The position numbers and the translations under genes were made by a program. This document shows, piece after piece, positions 1 to 11,221 of a stretch of DNA of 64,000 nucleotides (position 1 is the first letter of the stretch; the number at the start of each line of letters is the position of its first letter). The notes below the pieces were generated by a model. The model searched no databases and was not told the DNA's origin. It worked only from the letters and a program-made list of their open reading frames with translations. Where the stretch lies: contig OZ240670.1 of NCBI GenBank assembly GCA_965198645.1, positions 1,608,984 through 1,672,983 of the forward strand. Reading direction: 5' to 3'. This DNA comes from Acidobacteriaceae bacterium. GTDB taxonomy: Bacteria > Acidobacteriota > Terriglobia > Terriglobales > Acidobacteriaceae.

Positions 1-86
1 GCCGTTTCTACCTCGAGCCACATGCGGTACTTGTTCTCGTCACTCCAAATGTGGCCCATCGAGGGGCGCGTGTAGCGTGCAATCAA
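1..86 (-). CDS. purB: adenylosuccinate lyase, N-terminal fragment (gene continues past the left window edge)
   Basis: Reverse complement of 1-86 reads (TTG)IARYTRPSMGHIWSDENKYRMWLEVET. This matches the conserved PurB N-terminus as I remember it (MIERYSRPEM..W..EN....WLEVE). GAGGAG lies about 8 nt upstream of the TTG. An in-frame ATG at 152 is an alternative start. Confidence 0.55.
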   Translation of the reverse strand, partial: MIARYTRPSMGHIWSDENKYRMWLEVET

Positions 87-233
87 GAGAGCATCTCCTC
101 GGGCGAGAGCCTCGCCAGCGCAGGCGAATCCGGCAAAACGTCGTCTTACCATTGTAGCCGCCGGTCCACTTCCCCCAGAGGCCTTGCCCCCGCATCCTAT
201 AAAGTCGGACGCATCTGCTTTGAGGAGAACAGG

Positions 234-476
234 ATGGACGAAGAGATTGTGACAGTGGCCAGCTTTACTGAGCCAATGGAAGCAGACATGGCAAGGCTTC
301 GGCTGCAGTCAGCCGGCATTGAGGTCTTTTTAACAGGCGAGCACGCCAGGCTGCTTGAGCCAGGCCTTGGCGACCTGCGGCTGCAAGTTGCGGCATCGGA
401 CGAAGCGGACGCACGCGCCGTGCTGGCTGACGTCGGTGTGGCCTCGCCGGTAGCTGACACAGAGCCGCTTCGCTAA
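234..476 (+). CDS. DUF2007-like small protein (putative signal-transducing protein fold)
   Basis: C-terminal 80 aa of ORF 51..476 (MDEEIVTVASFTEPMEADMARLRLQSAGIEVFL...DEADARAVL). The ATG at 234 is preceded by GAGGAG. The upstream part of the ORF overlaps purB on the other strand and looks spurious. Confidence 0.6.
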   Translation: MDEEIVTVASFTEPMEADMARLRLQSAGIEVFLTGEHARLLEPGLGDLRLQVAASDEADARAVLADVGVASPVADTEPLR

Positions 477-493
477 CGCTTCGGGCTCGGCTA

Positions 494-748
494 CTACTCT
501 GCCACGCCCAGGCGCGCGCTCATCTCCTCGTAGAGAAAGCCCTCGCCGGGGCGGTATGGCTGCACCCACTCGCCATTAATGACAAACTGCGGGATCGCGC
601 GTTTGCCTACGTGGCGGAAGACCTCATCGGAGGCACCGGGGGTGCGTTCGATGTCGACTTCCTGGTAGGCAATTCCGTGTTTTTCTAAGAATCGCTTTGC
701 CTCCCGGCAGTCGCGACACCATGTGGCGGAGTAGAGAACCAGCTGCAT
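494..748 (-). CDS. glutaredoxin-family / NrdH-like thiol-disulfide oxidoreductase
   Basis: 84 aa with an N-terminal redox motif WCRDC, the later IPQ..ING motif and a thioredoxin-fold length. Confidence 0.75.
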   Translation of the reverse strand: MQLVLYSATWCRDCREAKRFLEKHGIAYQEVDIERTPGASDEVFRHVGKRAIPQFVINGEWVQPYRPGEGFLYEEMSARLGVAE

Positions 749-862
749 AGGAATCCATCATAAATGGCGGGTGCGTGGTATCAGCAGCAGGGTGGATACT
801 TTGGTGCTGGCCCAGCCTCGCAATGGCCCTGACACAACCCCGCTGAGACAAGGGCTCACGAC

Positions 863-1805
<943 letters not shown>

Positions 1806-1823
1806 GTGCGATTGCTCTCTCAG

Positions 1824-3017
1824 CTAACCGGCCGGCTGCTGCTGGGTCATGCAGTGCAGCGCCCCAAGGCCCCAGATCAGGTCGCCGCAGTGGATACCAA
1901 CGACCTCGCGGTCGGGGAAGAGATCGGCAAGCACACTGAGCGCGAGCCGGTCGCGCGGATCGTTAAAGGTTGGCACGAGGACTAAGTTGTTAGCAATGTA
2001 AAAGTTGGCATAGCTGGCCGGCAGGCGTTGCCCATCAAAGAACACGGGCCGCGGCAGTGGCAGCTCAGCGACCTGGAACGGCTCGCCCTTCAAGTTGCGC
2101 GCGGAACGTAACCGGTCTAAGTTCTCGGCCAGCGGCCCGTGGTTCACGTCGGCCGCATCGGGTTCGGTCGCAGTCACGATTACGTTTTGGCCGACGAAGC
2201 GGGTGATGTCGTCGATGTGGCCGTGGGTGTCATCGCCAGCGGTGCCGCGGTTGAGCCAGAGCACCTGGTCGATGCCCAGGTAGTCGTGGAAGATCTGCTC
2301 GAGCTGCTCACGGGAGAGACCGGGATTGCGGGCCTGGATCGGGCTGAGCAGGCATTCTTCGGTCGTCAGCAGGACTCCGGCGCCGTTGGTGTCAATCGAG
2401 CCGCCTTCGAGCACCACGCGGTGTTCGGTGCCATTGGCCAGCCGGAGGGTGGGCGTCCACAGCGGCAGGCCGAGCAACTCGGCGGCACGACCGGGCAGCT
2501 GGTCGTCGAGCTGCCAGTCATCGTACTTGGCCCAGGCGTTGAACTTCCAATTTGTTATCGCGGTGGTTACAGATTCGTAGCCGGCTTCAGTGCCGCCTCG
2601 CTGGGTGACAGCGCCCGCGGCTCGGGTGATGGCGCCCGCGGCCCGAGTGATGGCGCCCGCGGCACGGGTAACGAAGATGGGGCCAGAGTCGCGCGTCCAG
2701 ACGCGGTTGGTCGGCCACTCGTGCAGGTGCACCCGCCCGAGGTCAGCGCCCGAGCGGCGCAGCATGCTGGTCGCGCGCTTGGCCGCTGCCGCATCGTCCA
2801 CGAGAATATGCACGTCTTCGACGCGTGACAGGTGCCGCACGATCTCTGCGTAGACCCAAGGGATGGGCTGAAACTTGCCTGGCCAGTCTTCCGGGTTATG
2901 CGGCCAGGCGAGCCAGGTGGCCGCATGCGGCGCCCACTCGGCCGGCATGCGGAAGCCGTGGTCGCGCGGCGTGCCGGCGAAGGCTGATGCTCTCGTTTCG
3001 AGTGGCGTCTGGCTCAT
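1824..3017 (-). CDS. aguA: agmatine deiminase (peptidyl-arginine deiminase family)
   Basis: MPAEWAPHAATWLAWPH, WTRDSGPIFV, FNAWAKYDDW, EGGSIDTNG and the C-terminal GALHCMTQQQP catalytic-Cys motif. ATGA start/stop overlap with aguB. Confidence 0.9.
   Translation of the reverse strand: MSQTPLETRASAFAGTPRDHGFRMPAEWAPHAATWLAWPHNPEDWPGKFQPIPWVYAEIVRHLSRVEDVHILVDDAAAAKRATSMLRRSGADLGRVHLHEWPTNRVWTRDSGPIFVTRAAGAITRAAGAITRAAGAVTQRGGTEAGYESVTTAITNWKFNAWAKYDDWQLDDQLPGRAAELLGLPLWTPTLRLANGTEHRVVLEGGSIDTNGAGVLLTTEECLLSPIQARNPGLSREQLEQIFHDYLGIDQVLWLNRGTAGDDTHGHIDDITRFVGQNVIVTATEPDAADVNHGPLAENLDRLRSARNLKGEPFQVAELPLPRPVFFDGQRLPASYANFYIANNLVLVPTFNDPRDRLALSVLADLFPDREVVGIHCGDLIWGLGALHCMTQQQPAG
2605..2667. repeat. 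in-frame 21-nt x3 tandem repeat inside aguA
   Basis: The three units are gtgacagcgcccgcggctcgg, gtgatggcgcccgcggcccga and gtgatggcgcccgcggcacgg. They encode TRAAGAI-TRAAGAI-TRAAGAV on the minus strand. Confidence 0.9.
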
Positions 3018-3946
3018 TTGCCGGGCTTGTCCATCACCGATGCATCGAGGAACCGGTGCACGATGGGCTGGTAGGAGTCGATGCGCCGGTCGCGCAGAAA
3101 CGGCCAGTTGCGGCGCTGGTCCTCCAGCAGGCGCAGGTCTACTTCGGCGATCAGGATCTCTTCCTTGTCATGCGACGCCTTGGCGAGCACCCGTCCGAAC
3201 GGGTCGGCGATAAACGACCCGCCCCAGAACTCAAGCCCGGGGCCCTCGACGCGGTTGCCGAGGATGTCGCCGTGCTCGATGCCGACGCGGTTGGGCGAGG
3301 CGACGTAGACGCCGTTGGCAATCGCGTGCGAGCGCTGGATCGTCTGCCAGGCGTCGCACTGGGCGGCGCCGTGCTCTGCTTTCTCGTACGGGTGCCAGCC
3401 GATGGCGGTGGGGTAAAAGAGCACATTCGCGCCCTGGAGCGCGGTGATGCGCGCGCCCTCCGGGTACCACTGGTCCCAGCAGACCAGTGTGCCGATCTTG
3501 CCGAAAGCGGTGTCGAGCGCGCGGTAACCGAGGTCCCCGGGGGTGAAGTAGTACTTCTCGTAGTAGAGCGGGTCGTCGGGGATGTGCATCTTGCGGTATA
3601 GCCCGAGGATCGCGCCATCGGTGCCGAGCGTGGCCGCGGTGTTGTGGTAGAGCCCGGCTGCTCTTCTTTCAAACAGGGATGCAATGATGGTAACTTTTTC
3701 ATCGCGCGCGACCTCGGCCAGGCGGTCGGTCGAGGGGCCAGGAATCGGCTCGGCCAGGTCAAAGAGAGCTGTATCTTCGCGCTGGCAGAAGTACTGCGCG
3801 CGAAAGAGCTCGGGCAGGCAGATCACGTTCGCACCCTGGCGGGCAGCGTCGCGGACCATGGTGGCGGCTTTTTCAAGATTGTCATCCGGATCGGGCGTGC
3901 AGCTCATCTGCACCACGCCGATGCGGTAGTTCGGGTTGGACGGCAT
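3014..3946 (-). CDS. aguB: N-carbamoylputrescine amidase (nitrilase/CN-hydrolase superfamily)
   Basis: CN-hydrolase Glu-Lys-Cys context (ICLPELF, YRKMHIP, LVCWDQWYPE). It is translationally coupled to aguA. Confidence 0.85.
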   Translation of the reverse strand: MPSNPNYRIGVVQMSCTPDPDDNLEKAATMVRDAARQGANVICLPELFRAQYFCQREDTALFDLAEPIPGPSTDRLAEVARDEKVTIIASLFERRAAGLYHNTAATLGTDGAILGLYRKMHIPDDPLYYEKYYFTPGDLGYRALDTAFGKIGTLVCWDQWYPEGARITALQGANVLFYPTAIGWHPYEKAEHGAAQCDAWQTIQRSHAIANGVYVASPNRVGIEHGDILGNRVEGPGLEFWGGSFIADPFGRVLAKASHDKEEILIAEVDLRLLEDQRRNWPFLRDRRIDSYQPIVHRFLDASVMDKPGK

Positions 3947-4450
3947 ATCTTTGCTCTTTCAGGCGCTTGGTTTTGTCGGGTGAGCGCATGGTTCTTCCTG
4001 GCGTCGCTTCAGGCAAGAGTGCGCTCTGTGCGTTACCTGGAGATCAATACAGATGTGCTCGGAGGCAGTTACGGTTCACCCGCGCTCTGTCGGCGGCTCC
4101 AGATAGCGCTCTGCCGGCGCGCGCTGGCGCATTGCCTATTCTAATGCGTATCCGCTTGCCTTGCGACGAAGGAGCGGTTTGTCCTGGTGTGTGGAGCGCT
4201 CTTGTTCCACCGCGAACGGTTCATCTTAGAGATGGAGCTTTATCGGCAATCTTCACCCCGTCGTCACCGCGATCAATAGAAGGTAGGCGGCTTTCTATGT
4301 CGACCCCGGTGTGCCTCGTTACAGCTCATAACAAGTGGAGTTTTCGTAGGCGAACTCAGAGCAGCGCAGTATTTCCAAACCTGTTCGCTGAAGGATGCTC
4401 CTTGTCGGGTGTACTCTTTGCATGAAACATAGGCAAACCTGAGGGATGGT

Positions 4451-4882
4451 ATGGCACGCATCCAGACTCTTTTTGCAACTGCGGCGATAGGCGCACTCCT
4501 TCTAGGCCTGCTCGCCTCGCAATACAATTTAAGTTTCGGGTTAATGGTCTCATCTCGGCGAACCTCATATGGTGTCCCCAACACCATGCTTTGCTACGGT
4601 GTAGCTCTCTTCTTTAGTTTCTTCGCAATGCTTTATTCCCTTTATATGGTGCCGTGGAGCGCTCAGGCCGCAAGGTGGCATTTCACACTGAGCGTTCTCC
4701 TGGCAGGAGTGTTCTGCACTGCATCCCTCGCGGCAGTGCGCTTCAACGCGTTCCAAGCATCGTCAAGACTAGCCATGCCGATCCTGATCGCATTCAGTCT
4801 CTCTCCTATCTTGTTCCTGCTGCTTCAGGTTCTCTTCCTTTTTGACGGCATTCGTCGCGCCTGGCCGGTCCTTCGAGGTTAG
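4451..4882 (+). CDS. hypothetical integral membrane protein (about 4 TM segments)
   Basis: A 143-aa ORF with four hydrophobic stretches, sitting in a GC-poorer islet. No family recognised. Confidence 0.45.
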   Translation: MARIQTLFATAAIGALLLGLLASQYNLSFGLMVSSRRTSYGVPNTMLCYGVALFFSFFAMLYSLYMVPWSAQAARWHFTLSVLLAGVFCTASLAAVRFNAFQASSRLAMPILIAFSLSPILFLLLQVLFLFDGIRRAWPVLRG

Positions 4883-5003
4883 ATAGAGCTCGAGGAAGAG
4901 CGTTTCGACAACGTCAGGGACATGCGTTCATTGAAACTATCGTTCATCCGGTACGAGCCGGTACATAACTCATCCTCACGGCGGCAATGGTCTGCTGCGA
5001 ACC

Positions 5004-6614
5004 TCAGTGCGCAGCCGTCTCCTCGGGTAGCACCACGTCCCGCCCCCTTGGCGGCGGCTTGCGCATGACAAACGGCAGCGGCACCAGGCAGGCCATCATC
5101 ACGCTCAGCAGCCAGAACGCATTCTGATAACTCAGCATGCTGGCCTCTCTGCCGAGCACCTGGTACGCCCGGGCCGAGGCAGCCTGCGAAGCCTGTGCTG
5201 CGCCCTGACCAATCGCCATCAGCGCGGCCTGGGTGCTCGCGATATAGCGGTTGTACTGCAGCCCGCCTGCCACCGCGTTCGCGCCGAGCGAAGACTGGTG
5301 GGTCTGCGAGGTCCGCTGCAAAAAGGTCGTCAGCATCGCCGTACCCACGCTGCCGCCGATGTTGCGGGCAAAGTTCGAGAAGCTCGAGATCTGGTTGCTC
5401 TTCTCGCGCGGCACCCCGACATAGTTCAGCGTCGAGATGGGGATAAAGATAAACGCGAGGCCCAGCACCTGCAGCACGCGAAACAGAATCAGCTGGTCGA
5501 AGCTCACGTCGAGGTCGATGCGCGTCAGGTTGTAGAGCCCGGCCGCCACCGCCGCATACCCGACCGCGACCAGCACTCGCGCATCCTTGACCTTGCCGAC
5601 CATGCGCCCGGCCAGCGGCATCATCACCATCATGGCAAAGCCGGCCGGGGAGAGCGCCATGCCCGCCCGCTCGGCCGTGTAGCCAAGCAGGGTCTGCATA
5701 AACTGCGGCATCAGCACGGTGGTGCCAAAGAGCACCATGCCGAGGATGAACTGCAGAAACACGGCGGTCCCGAAGTTGCGGTTCTTGAGCAGCTTCAGGT
5801 CCACGATTGGGTCCGGGTGGTGCCACTCCCACCAGACAAAGAAGACCAGCACACATGCCGCGATGACGGCGAAGGTGGTGATCAACGGGTCGCCAAACCA
5901 GTCCTTCTCTTGCCCTTTATCGAGCACAAACTCCAGGCACCCGACGCCGATCGCGACACTGCCGAGCCCCAGCGTGTCGACCGAGCCAAGGCCCGGCTTG
6001 ATGCGGCTCCGCTGTTCAGCCAGGTAGGGCGGGTCTTCGACCATGCGGTGCGAGAGCCAGAGCGAGAGCAGCCCGACCGGCAGGTTGATGAAAAAGATCC
6101 AGTGCCAGTTGTAGTTGTCGGTGATCCAGCCGCCGATGGTCGGCCCGATCGCCGGCGCCACCACCACCGCCATGCCGTAGAGGGCAAAGGCCTGGCCACG
6201 CTTTTCCACCGGGAAGCTGTCAGCCAGGATCGCCTGCTCGCTCGGCGCCAGACCTCCTCCTCCGAACCCCTGCAAGATGCGCGCAAAGATCAGCAGCGGC
6301 AGCGTCGGCGCCAGGCCGCAGAGCAGCGAGCAGGCAGTAAACAGCGCCACGCAGGTCATGTAAAACCGCTTGCGGCCGAAGCGGGTCGCGAGCCAGCCGG
6401 AGATGGGCAGCACAATCGCGCTCGAGACCAGGTAGCTGGTCAGCACCCAGGTCGCTTCATCCTGCGAGGCGCCGAGCGAGCCTGCGATGTGCGGCAGCGC
6501 GACGTTGGCGATCGAGGTATCGAGCACCTCCATGAAGGTCGCGAGGGTGACGACCAGCGCCACTGCCCACGGATTGTGCGAGGGCTTCCAGGCGTCAAGG
6601 GGGTGGGCTGGCAT
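5004..6614 (-). CDS. MFS transporter, DHA2 (EmrB/QacA) drug-efflux family, 14-TMS type
   Basis: 536 aa. N-terminus reads FMEVLDTSIANVALPHIAGSLGAS, followed by GWLATRFGRKR and the many TM segments typical of EmrB/QacA. Confidence 0.85.
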   Translation of the reverse strand: MPAHPLDAWKPSHNPWAVALVVTLATFMEVLDTSIANVALPHIAGSLGASQDEATWVLTSYLVSSAIVLPISGWLATRFGRKRFYMTCVALFTACSLLCGLAPTLPLLIFARILQGFGGGGLAPSEQAILADSFPVEKRGQAFALYGMAVVVAPAIGPTIGGWITDNYNWHWIFFINLPVGLLSLWLSHRMVEDPPYLAEQRSRIKPGLGSVDTLGLGSVAIGVGCLEFVLDKGQEKDWFGDPLITTFAVIAACVLVFFVWWEWHHPDPIVDLKLLKNRNFGTAVFLQFILGMVLFGTTVLMPQFMQTLLGYTAERAGMALSPAGFAMMVMMPLAGRMVGKVKDARVLVAVGYAAVAAGLYNLTRIDLDVSFDQLILFRVLQVLGLAFIFIPISTLNYVGVPREKSNQISSFSNFARNIGGSVGTAMLTTFLQRTSQTHQSSLGANAVAGGLQYNRYIASTQAALMAIGQGAAQASQAASARAYQVLGREASMLSYQNAFWLLSVMMACLVPLPFVMRKPPPRGRDVVLPEETAAH

Positions 6615-6797
6615 TGTGATTGATTATCGTCGATTGGTAAGACCGCCTGCGCGGCTGGCGCCCACTTCGTAGGGAGTCTTCTGCCTGCGGCGCTTCAAAG
6701 CCAGCAACGCCCCCGGTAGTGCTTGGGGGCGCTGCTGGCTTTATGCCCGAAGGGCGGTATACCCGTCACGAAGTGACCGCCTCCCGCGCAGGGGGTC

Positions 6798-7319
6798 TTA
6801 GCGGCCGCGCAATGCGACCAGCAGCTTGGCGGTCACCACGGCCTGGCCGGCGTGGCGCTGGGTGTGGTCGGCGAGGTGGACGAGCAGGCCGCCGAGCGTG
6901 GTGGGCAGGCGCTTGCCGCCAACGTATCGAGGCTGCTCAAGCTCGGCGAGCGGCAGGGCGTGGATGCGTGTGGAAGCGTCCGCGAGCGCCGCGTGGAACT
7001 CGGCCAGCAAGGCCGCATGCGCGAGCCCGGGCTCAAGCTCGACGCCGAGCGCCCCCTTTTGGATCACGTCGAGCTCTCGGCCCTCCGCGTAGGTAAGTAG
7101 CCGGTCAAGCGAGTGCGCGATGTGCCGCACATGGTAGGCGTACGGCGTGAGCCCGTAGGGGAGCGCGTGGATTTCGTCGTCGGTGAGGGTCGCGCCCCAG
7201 CGGGCCAGGTCTTCCTCGGCGAGGGCAACGGCATGCAGAACCGCCCGCGGGATGGCAGGCACGTCGGCCAGGGTGCTGCGGAGCCAGGGTTCAGGCTGCT
7301 TCTCAGGTTCAGTGGGCAT
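6798..7319 (-). CDS. DinB-family (DinB_2) metal-dependent protein
   Basis: Histidine triad context (HAVALAEEDL, YHVRHIAHSLDRL, LVHLADHTQRHAGQ). The ATG at 7319 is preferred over the ORF start at 7379. Confidence 0.65.
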   Translation of the reverse strand: MPTEPEKQPEPWLRSTLADVPAIPRAVLHAVALAEEDLARWGATLTDDEIHALPYGLTPYAYHVRHIAHSLDRLLTYAEGRELDVIQKGALGVELEPGLAHAALLAEFHAALADASTRIHALPLAELEQPRYVGGKRLPTTLGGLLVHLADHTQRHAGQAVVTAKLLVALRGR

Positions 7320-7459
7320 GGTCTGACTCAAGCCTATCGCGGCTCGCGGTCTGTTCTGCCCGTCGAAGTTCCGCGTCAATGTCGTTTGATCCAGCGCCTC
7401 GGCGTCTCCCCCAAAGGCGGCGAGGACCCGAGGCCAGCGTCGAGTATCCAGAGCCCGGC

Positions 7460-8410
7460 TTAGAGCCCGTGCTTCTGCCGGTACTCGCGTACTACTTCGA
7501 CCACGTCGCGGTGCTCGCCATCGACAGCCTCGTTCATCGCGCGCATATCGTCGGCGGTGATCTTGCCGGCGAGGTCGGCGAACGCGGGGCCGAGCTGCGG
7601 CCAGCGGGCGAGCGCGGCTTCGCGGACCAGCGGCACCGCCTGGTAGGGAGGGAAGTAGTGCTTGTCATCGGCGAGGACCCGCAGGTGCGCGGCGGCGATC
7701 GGCCCATCGGTCGAGTTGCCGGCGATGATATCCACCTGGTGCGCGCTGAGGGCCCGGTAGAGCAGGCCCAGGTCCATGGTGCGCGGGTCGCCGGCGAAGT
7801 GCAGCCCGTAGGCCTGCTCGAGTCCGCGCAGGCCGTCCGGGCGCTCCTCAAACTCGTAGCCTACGCCCAGTCGCCAGCCCGGTGCAGCGGAGGCAGCCTG
7901 CGAAAGGGTGGTGATCTCGGCCGGCGCATCCGGCCGAACAATCATCGCAAAGGTGTTCTCAAAGCCGAGCGGCGCGGTCGCGGCGATGTGGTATCGCTGG
8001 TCGTAGAGTCGCTTGACGGTCGCGTAGGAAGCAGCCGGATCGTGCGAGGGCGGCTGCTTGAGGATTGCGGTGAGCGCGGTGCCTGTGTACTCGACGTAAG
8101 CGTCGATGCGGCCGGAGAGCATGGCCTGCTGGCAGAGGTAGGAGCCGGCGAGATAGAAGCGCCGCTCGACCTTGAGGCCGGTCCGCGCCTCAATGTGCTG
8201 GGCCAGCAGCTCCCCGAGGACCACCTGCTCGGTAAAGTTCTTCGCCCCGATGACGGGCCGGTCCGGGCGGGGTGGTGCACAGCCGGTGAGCAGCACAAGC
8301 AAGCTGAACGTGATCAGGCCAAATGCCATGAGGCTGGGCGCAGATGTACCAGACAGGGCTGGTCCGCCCATTCCCAGAATCCTTGCTAAGCCTATTGGCA
8401 GACGCTTCAA
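7460..8410 (-). CDS. osmoprotectant (glycine betaine/choline-type) ABC transporter substrate-binding lipoprotein
   Basis: OpuAC/OsmF-like sequence with the lipobox LLTGC. The TTG at 8410 overlaps the permease stop (TTGA). ATGs at 8371 and 8329 are alternatives. Confidence 0.8.
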   Translation of the reverse strand: MKRLPIGLARILGMGGPALSGTSAPSLMAFGLITFSLLVLLTGCAPPRPDRPVIGAKNFTEQVVLGELLAQHIEARTGLKVERRFYLAGSYLCQQAMLSGRIDAYVEYTGTALTAILKQPPSHDPAASYATVKRLYDQRYHIAATAPLGFENTFAMIVRPDAPAEITTLSQAASAAPGWRLGVGYEFEERPDGLRGLEQAYGLHFAGDPRTMDLGLLYRALSAHQVDIIAGNSTDGPIAAAHLRVLADDKHYFPPYQAVPLVREAALARWPQLGPAFADLAGKITADDMRAMNEAVDGEHRDVVEVVREYRQKHGL

Positions 8411-9200
8411 GGTCTTTGCCTGTTGCCACTAAAGTGCTTCTCTGCCAATCCCAGCAGCGTGTCAGCCGCTAGCGCCAGCAGCGCTGCCGGGATTGCGCCT
8501 GCGAGCACCAGCCGGTTGTCGACAGACGCGACCCCGCGGAAGATGAACTCGCCCAGGCCTCCTGCGCCGACTGCTGCGGCGATGGTCGCGATGCCGACGC
8601 AGGTCACGGTCGCGGTGCGCAGGCCAGCCAGGATCACGCCTGCAGCCAGCGGCAGCTCGACCTTGACCAGCCGCTGCGAGCTAGTCATGCCGAGCGCGTG
8701 CGCGACGTCGATTACGGCTGGATCGATCGAGCGGATGCCGACGTAGGTGTTTCGCAGGATGGGCAGCAGAGCGTATCCGGTGAGCGCGACGATCGCGATG
8801 CGCGCCGCACGGTCGCCCAGCCAGGGGACCGGCAGCAGGAAGCCGAAGAGCGCGAGCGAGGGGATGGTCTGGATGATGTTGGCGACCGTGAGCACTGGGG
8901 TTGCGAGCCTGGCTCCCCGGGTGAGCAGGATGCCGACCGGCACACCGATGGCAGTCGCAAACAGGATCGCCGCGCCGGTCAGCCAGAGATGCTCGATGGT
9001 GAGGGTGACGATCTCGGACCCATGCTGCGCGAGGAAGCCGGTGGCAAAGGCGGTGACTACTGGGGCATGAAGAAACATTTGTTCTGACAAGCGTACGATC
9101 GCGCTGGATGCATCGGTGAGCCACGAACTCGAGGCCGGGCTGACCGTCACGTGGTGCGCAAGTTCATAGGCACGCTGGGGCGCAGATGACGGAGCGAGAC

Positions 9201-9204
<4 letters not shown>
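8407..9204 (-). CDS. osmoprotectant ABC transporter permease
   Basis: 265 aa, multi-TM, BPD_transp_1-like EAA region (ALGMTSSQRLVKVELPLA). 4-nt overlaps with both neighbours. Confidence 0.85.
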
Positions 9205-9983
<779 letters not shown>

Positions 9984-10042
9984 CCGCCTGCACGGCTGGC
10001 GGCCACTTCGTGGCGGGTCTTCTCCGCTGCGCGGCTGCTGTT

Positions 10043-11221
10043 CTAAAAGGCGCTTTCGTCGGGGCCGTCGTCCCCTGGTTCAAAGTCGCCCTCTGCCTGG
10101 GGGATCCTGGCCTGCGGAGGCGCATCGTCCAGCTCAGACTCTGCGTTTCCCAGGCCGCCGGGCGGCATGCTGCCTGCCACGCCTTTTACCCGCACCACCG
10201 TGATCTTCGAGAAACCCTCCTTGAAGCTCGGCGGCCGCAGGCGCTCGTTCATCTTCTCCATCACCTCGTCAGAGACGACGCGCTCGCGGCGATGATTGCG
10301 CTCCATGCAGACCGCAAAGGGGACGTCGAAGAAGACCGCATGCACGTCGTAGCCGAAGCTGGTCGCCATCTTGATCCACTGGCGGCGCTCGTGGGGGCTG
10401 AGGTTGGTCGCGTCGACGTAGTTCCAAGGCATCTTCGCGATCAGCCGGGCCCGTAGCAGCGAGCGGAGCGTCGAGAAGACCAGCCCCTGGTAGCGCTGCT
10501 CGGTGATGTCGTCAAAGAGGATGCCGCGCAGCATATCGGACGAGAGCGGGGTGACGCTGCGCCGCTTGAACCAGGTTGTCTTGCCGGAGCCGGGCAGCCC
10601 GATCGTCAGCACGACGAAGCCGCGCGGCTGGCGCGGACCGCCCGCGGGCTGTGGCGCCGGCGGCGGAACAGAGGGCGAGTCCGGCTGAGTCTCATGCACA
10701 AGCTTGCCCGCGGGCTCCGGAACAGCTTCAGTGCCATGCGTCTGGACCGGCTCTTCAGGCTCTTCGCCAGCCTGGTGCGCGGGGCGGTCTTCAAACTCAC
10801 CCGCGGGACCGTCCAGACCCTCGCTCCCGGTCGCATTCAGATCGTGATCAGAGTCCCCAGCATCTGCGGAGCCCGGGAGAGATGCGCCCGCAGCGTCCAA
10901 CGCCCCCGGCTTGTCCTTGCGCGGGCCACGCCCGCTGCCACCGCGTCGACGGCGACCGCGCCCGGAGCGAGCGGCCTCTGGTTTCTTGGCTTCTCCCTGA
11001 GGGGCGGAGGAGCGATCGGGCGCCGGAGCCGCCGGGGAAGCGGTCACGGGAGCCGAGGAGGGCGGTTCCGAGGAGGCTGGCGCAGCCTCAGGATAGGCGG
11101 GCCGTAGAGGGGCGAGCTGGTTTTGCGGGAGTTCCTGACCTATCTTGCCAGTGGATTCCGAGTCGTTCGGACCACGCTTCGAGCGTCTTCTCATGAGTTG
11201 TTCGCGCATCCATTCGCGCAT
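10043..11221 (-). CDS. Pnkp-like polynucleotide kinase (AAA_33) domain fused to a long low-complexity N-terminal region
   Basis: The C-terminal ~170 aa read VVLTIGLPGSGKTT...SSDMLRGILFDD...YVDATNLSPHERRQW...AVFFDVPFAVCMERNHRRERVVSDEVMEKM. The N-terminal ~220 aa are P/A/E/G/S-rich. ATG at 11221 chosen; the ORF extends to 11416. Confidence 0.65.
   Translation of the reverse strand: MREWMREQLMRRRSKRGPNDSESTGKIGQELPQNQLAPLRPAYPEAAPASSEPPSSAPVTASPAAPAPDRSSAPQGEAKKPEAARSGRGRRRRGGSGRGPRKDKPGALDAAGASLPGSADAGDSDHDLNATGSEGLDGPAGEFEDRPAHQAGEEPEEPVQTHGTEAVPEPAGKLVHETQPDSPSVPPPAPQPAGGPRQPRGFVVLTIGLPGSGKTTWFKRRSVTPLSSDMLRGILFDDITEQRYQGLVFSTLRSLLRARLIAKMPWNYVDATNLSPHERRQWIKMATSFGYDVHAVFFDVPFAVCMERNHRRERVVSDEVMEKMNERLRPPSFKEGFSKITVVRVKGVAGSMPPGGLGNAESELDDAPPQARIPQAEGDFEPGDDGPDESAF

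Noticed and set aside
2605-2667. The tandem repeats here and at 47831-47878 as a CRISPR array or non-coding VNTR.
   Set aside because: The units are contiguous with no spacers. Their lengths are multiples of 3 and they lie in frame within well-supported genes.
5298-6623. Very long ORFs antisense to clearly identified genes. Examples are 5298..6623 (+), 7379..8389 (+), 11394..12113 (-), 18658..19881 (+), 46095..46895 (-), 49280..50095 (-) and 54009..55085 (+).
   Set aside because: These are typical shadow ORFs of high-GC DNA. Their translations are Arg/Ala/Gly/Pro-rich with no recognisable motifs. Each lies opposite a gene with strong family signatures.
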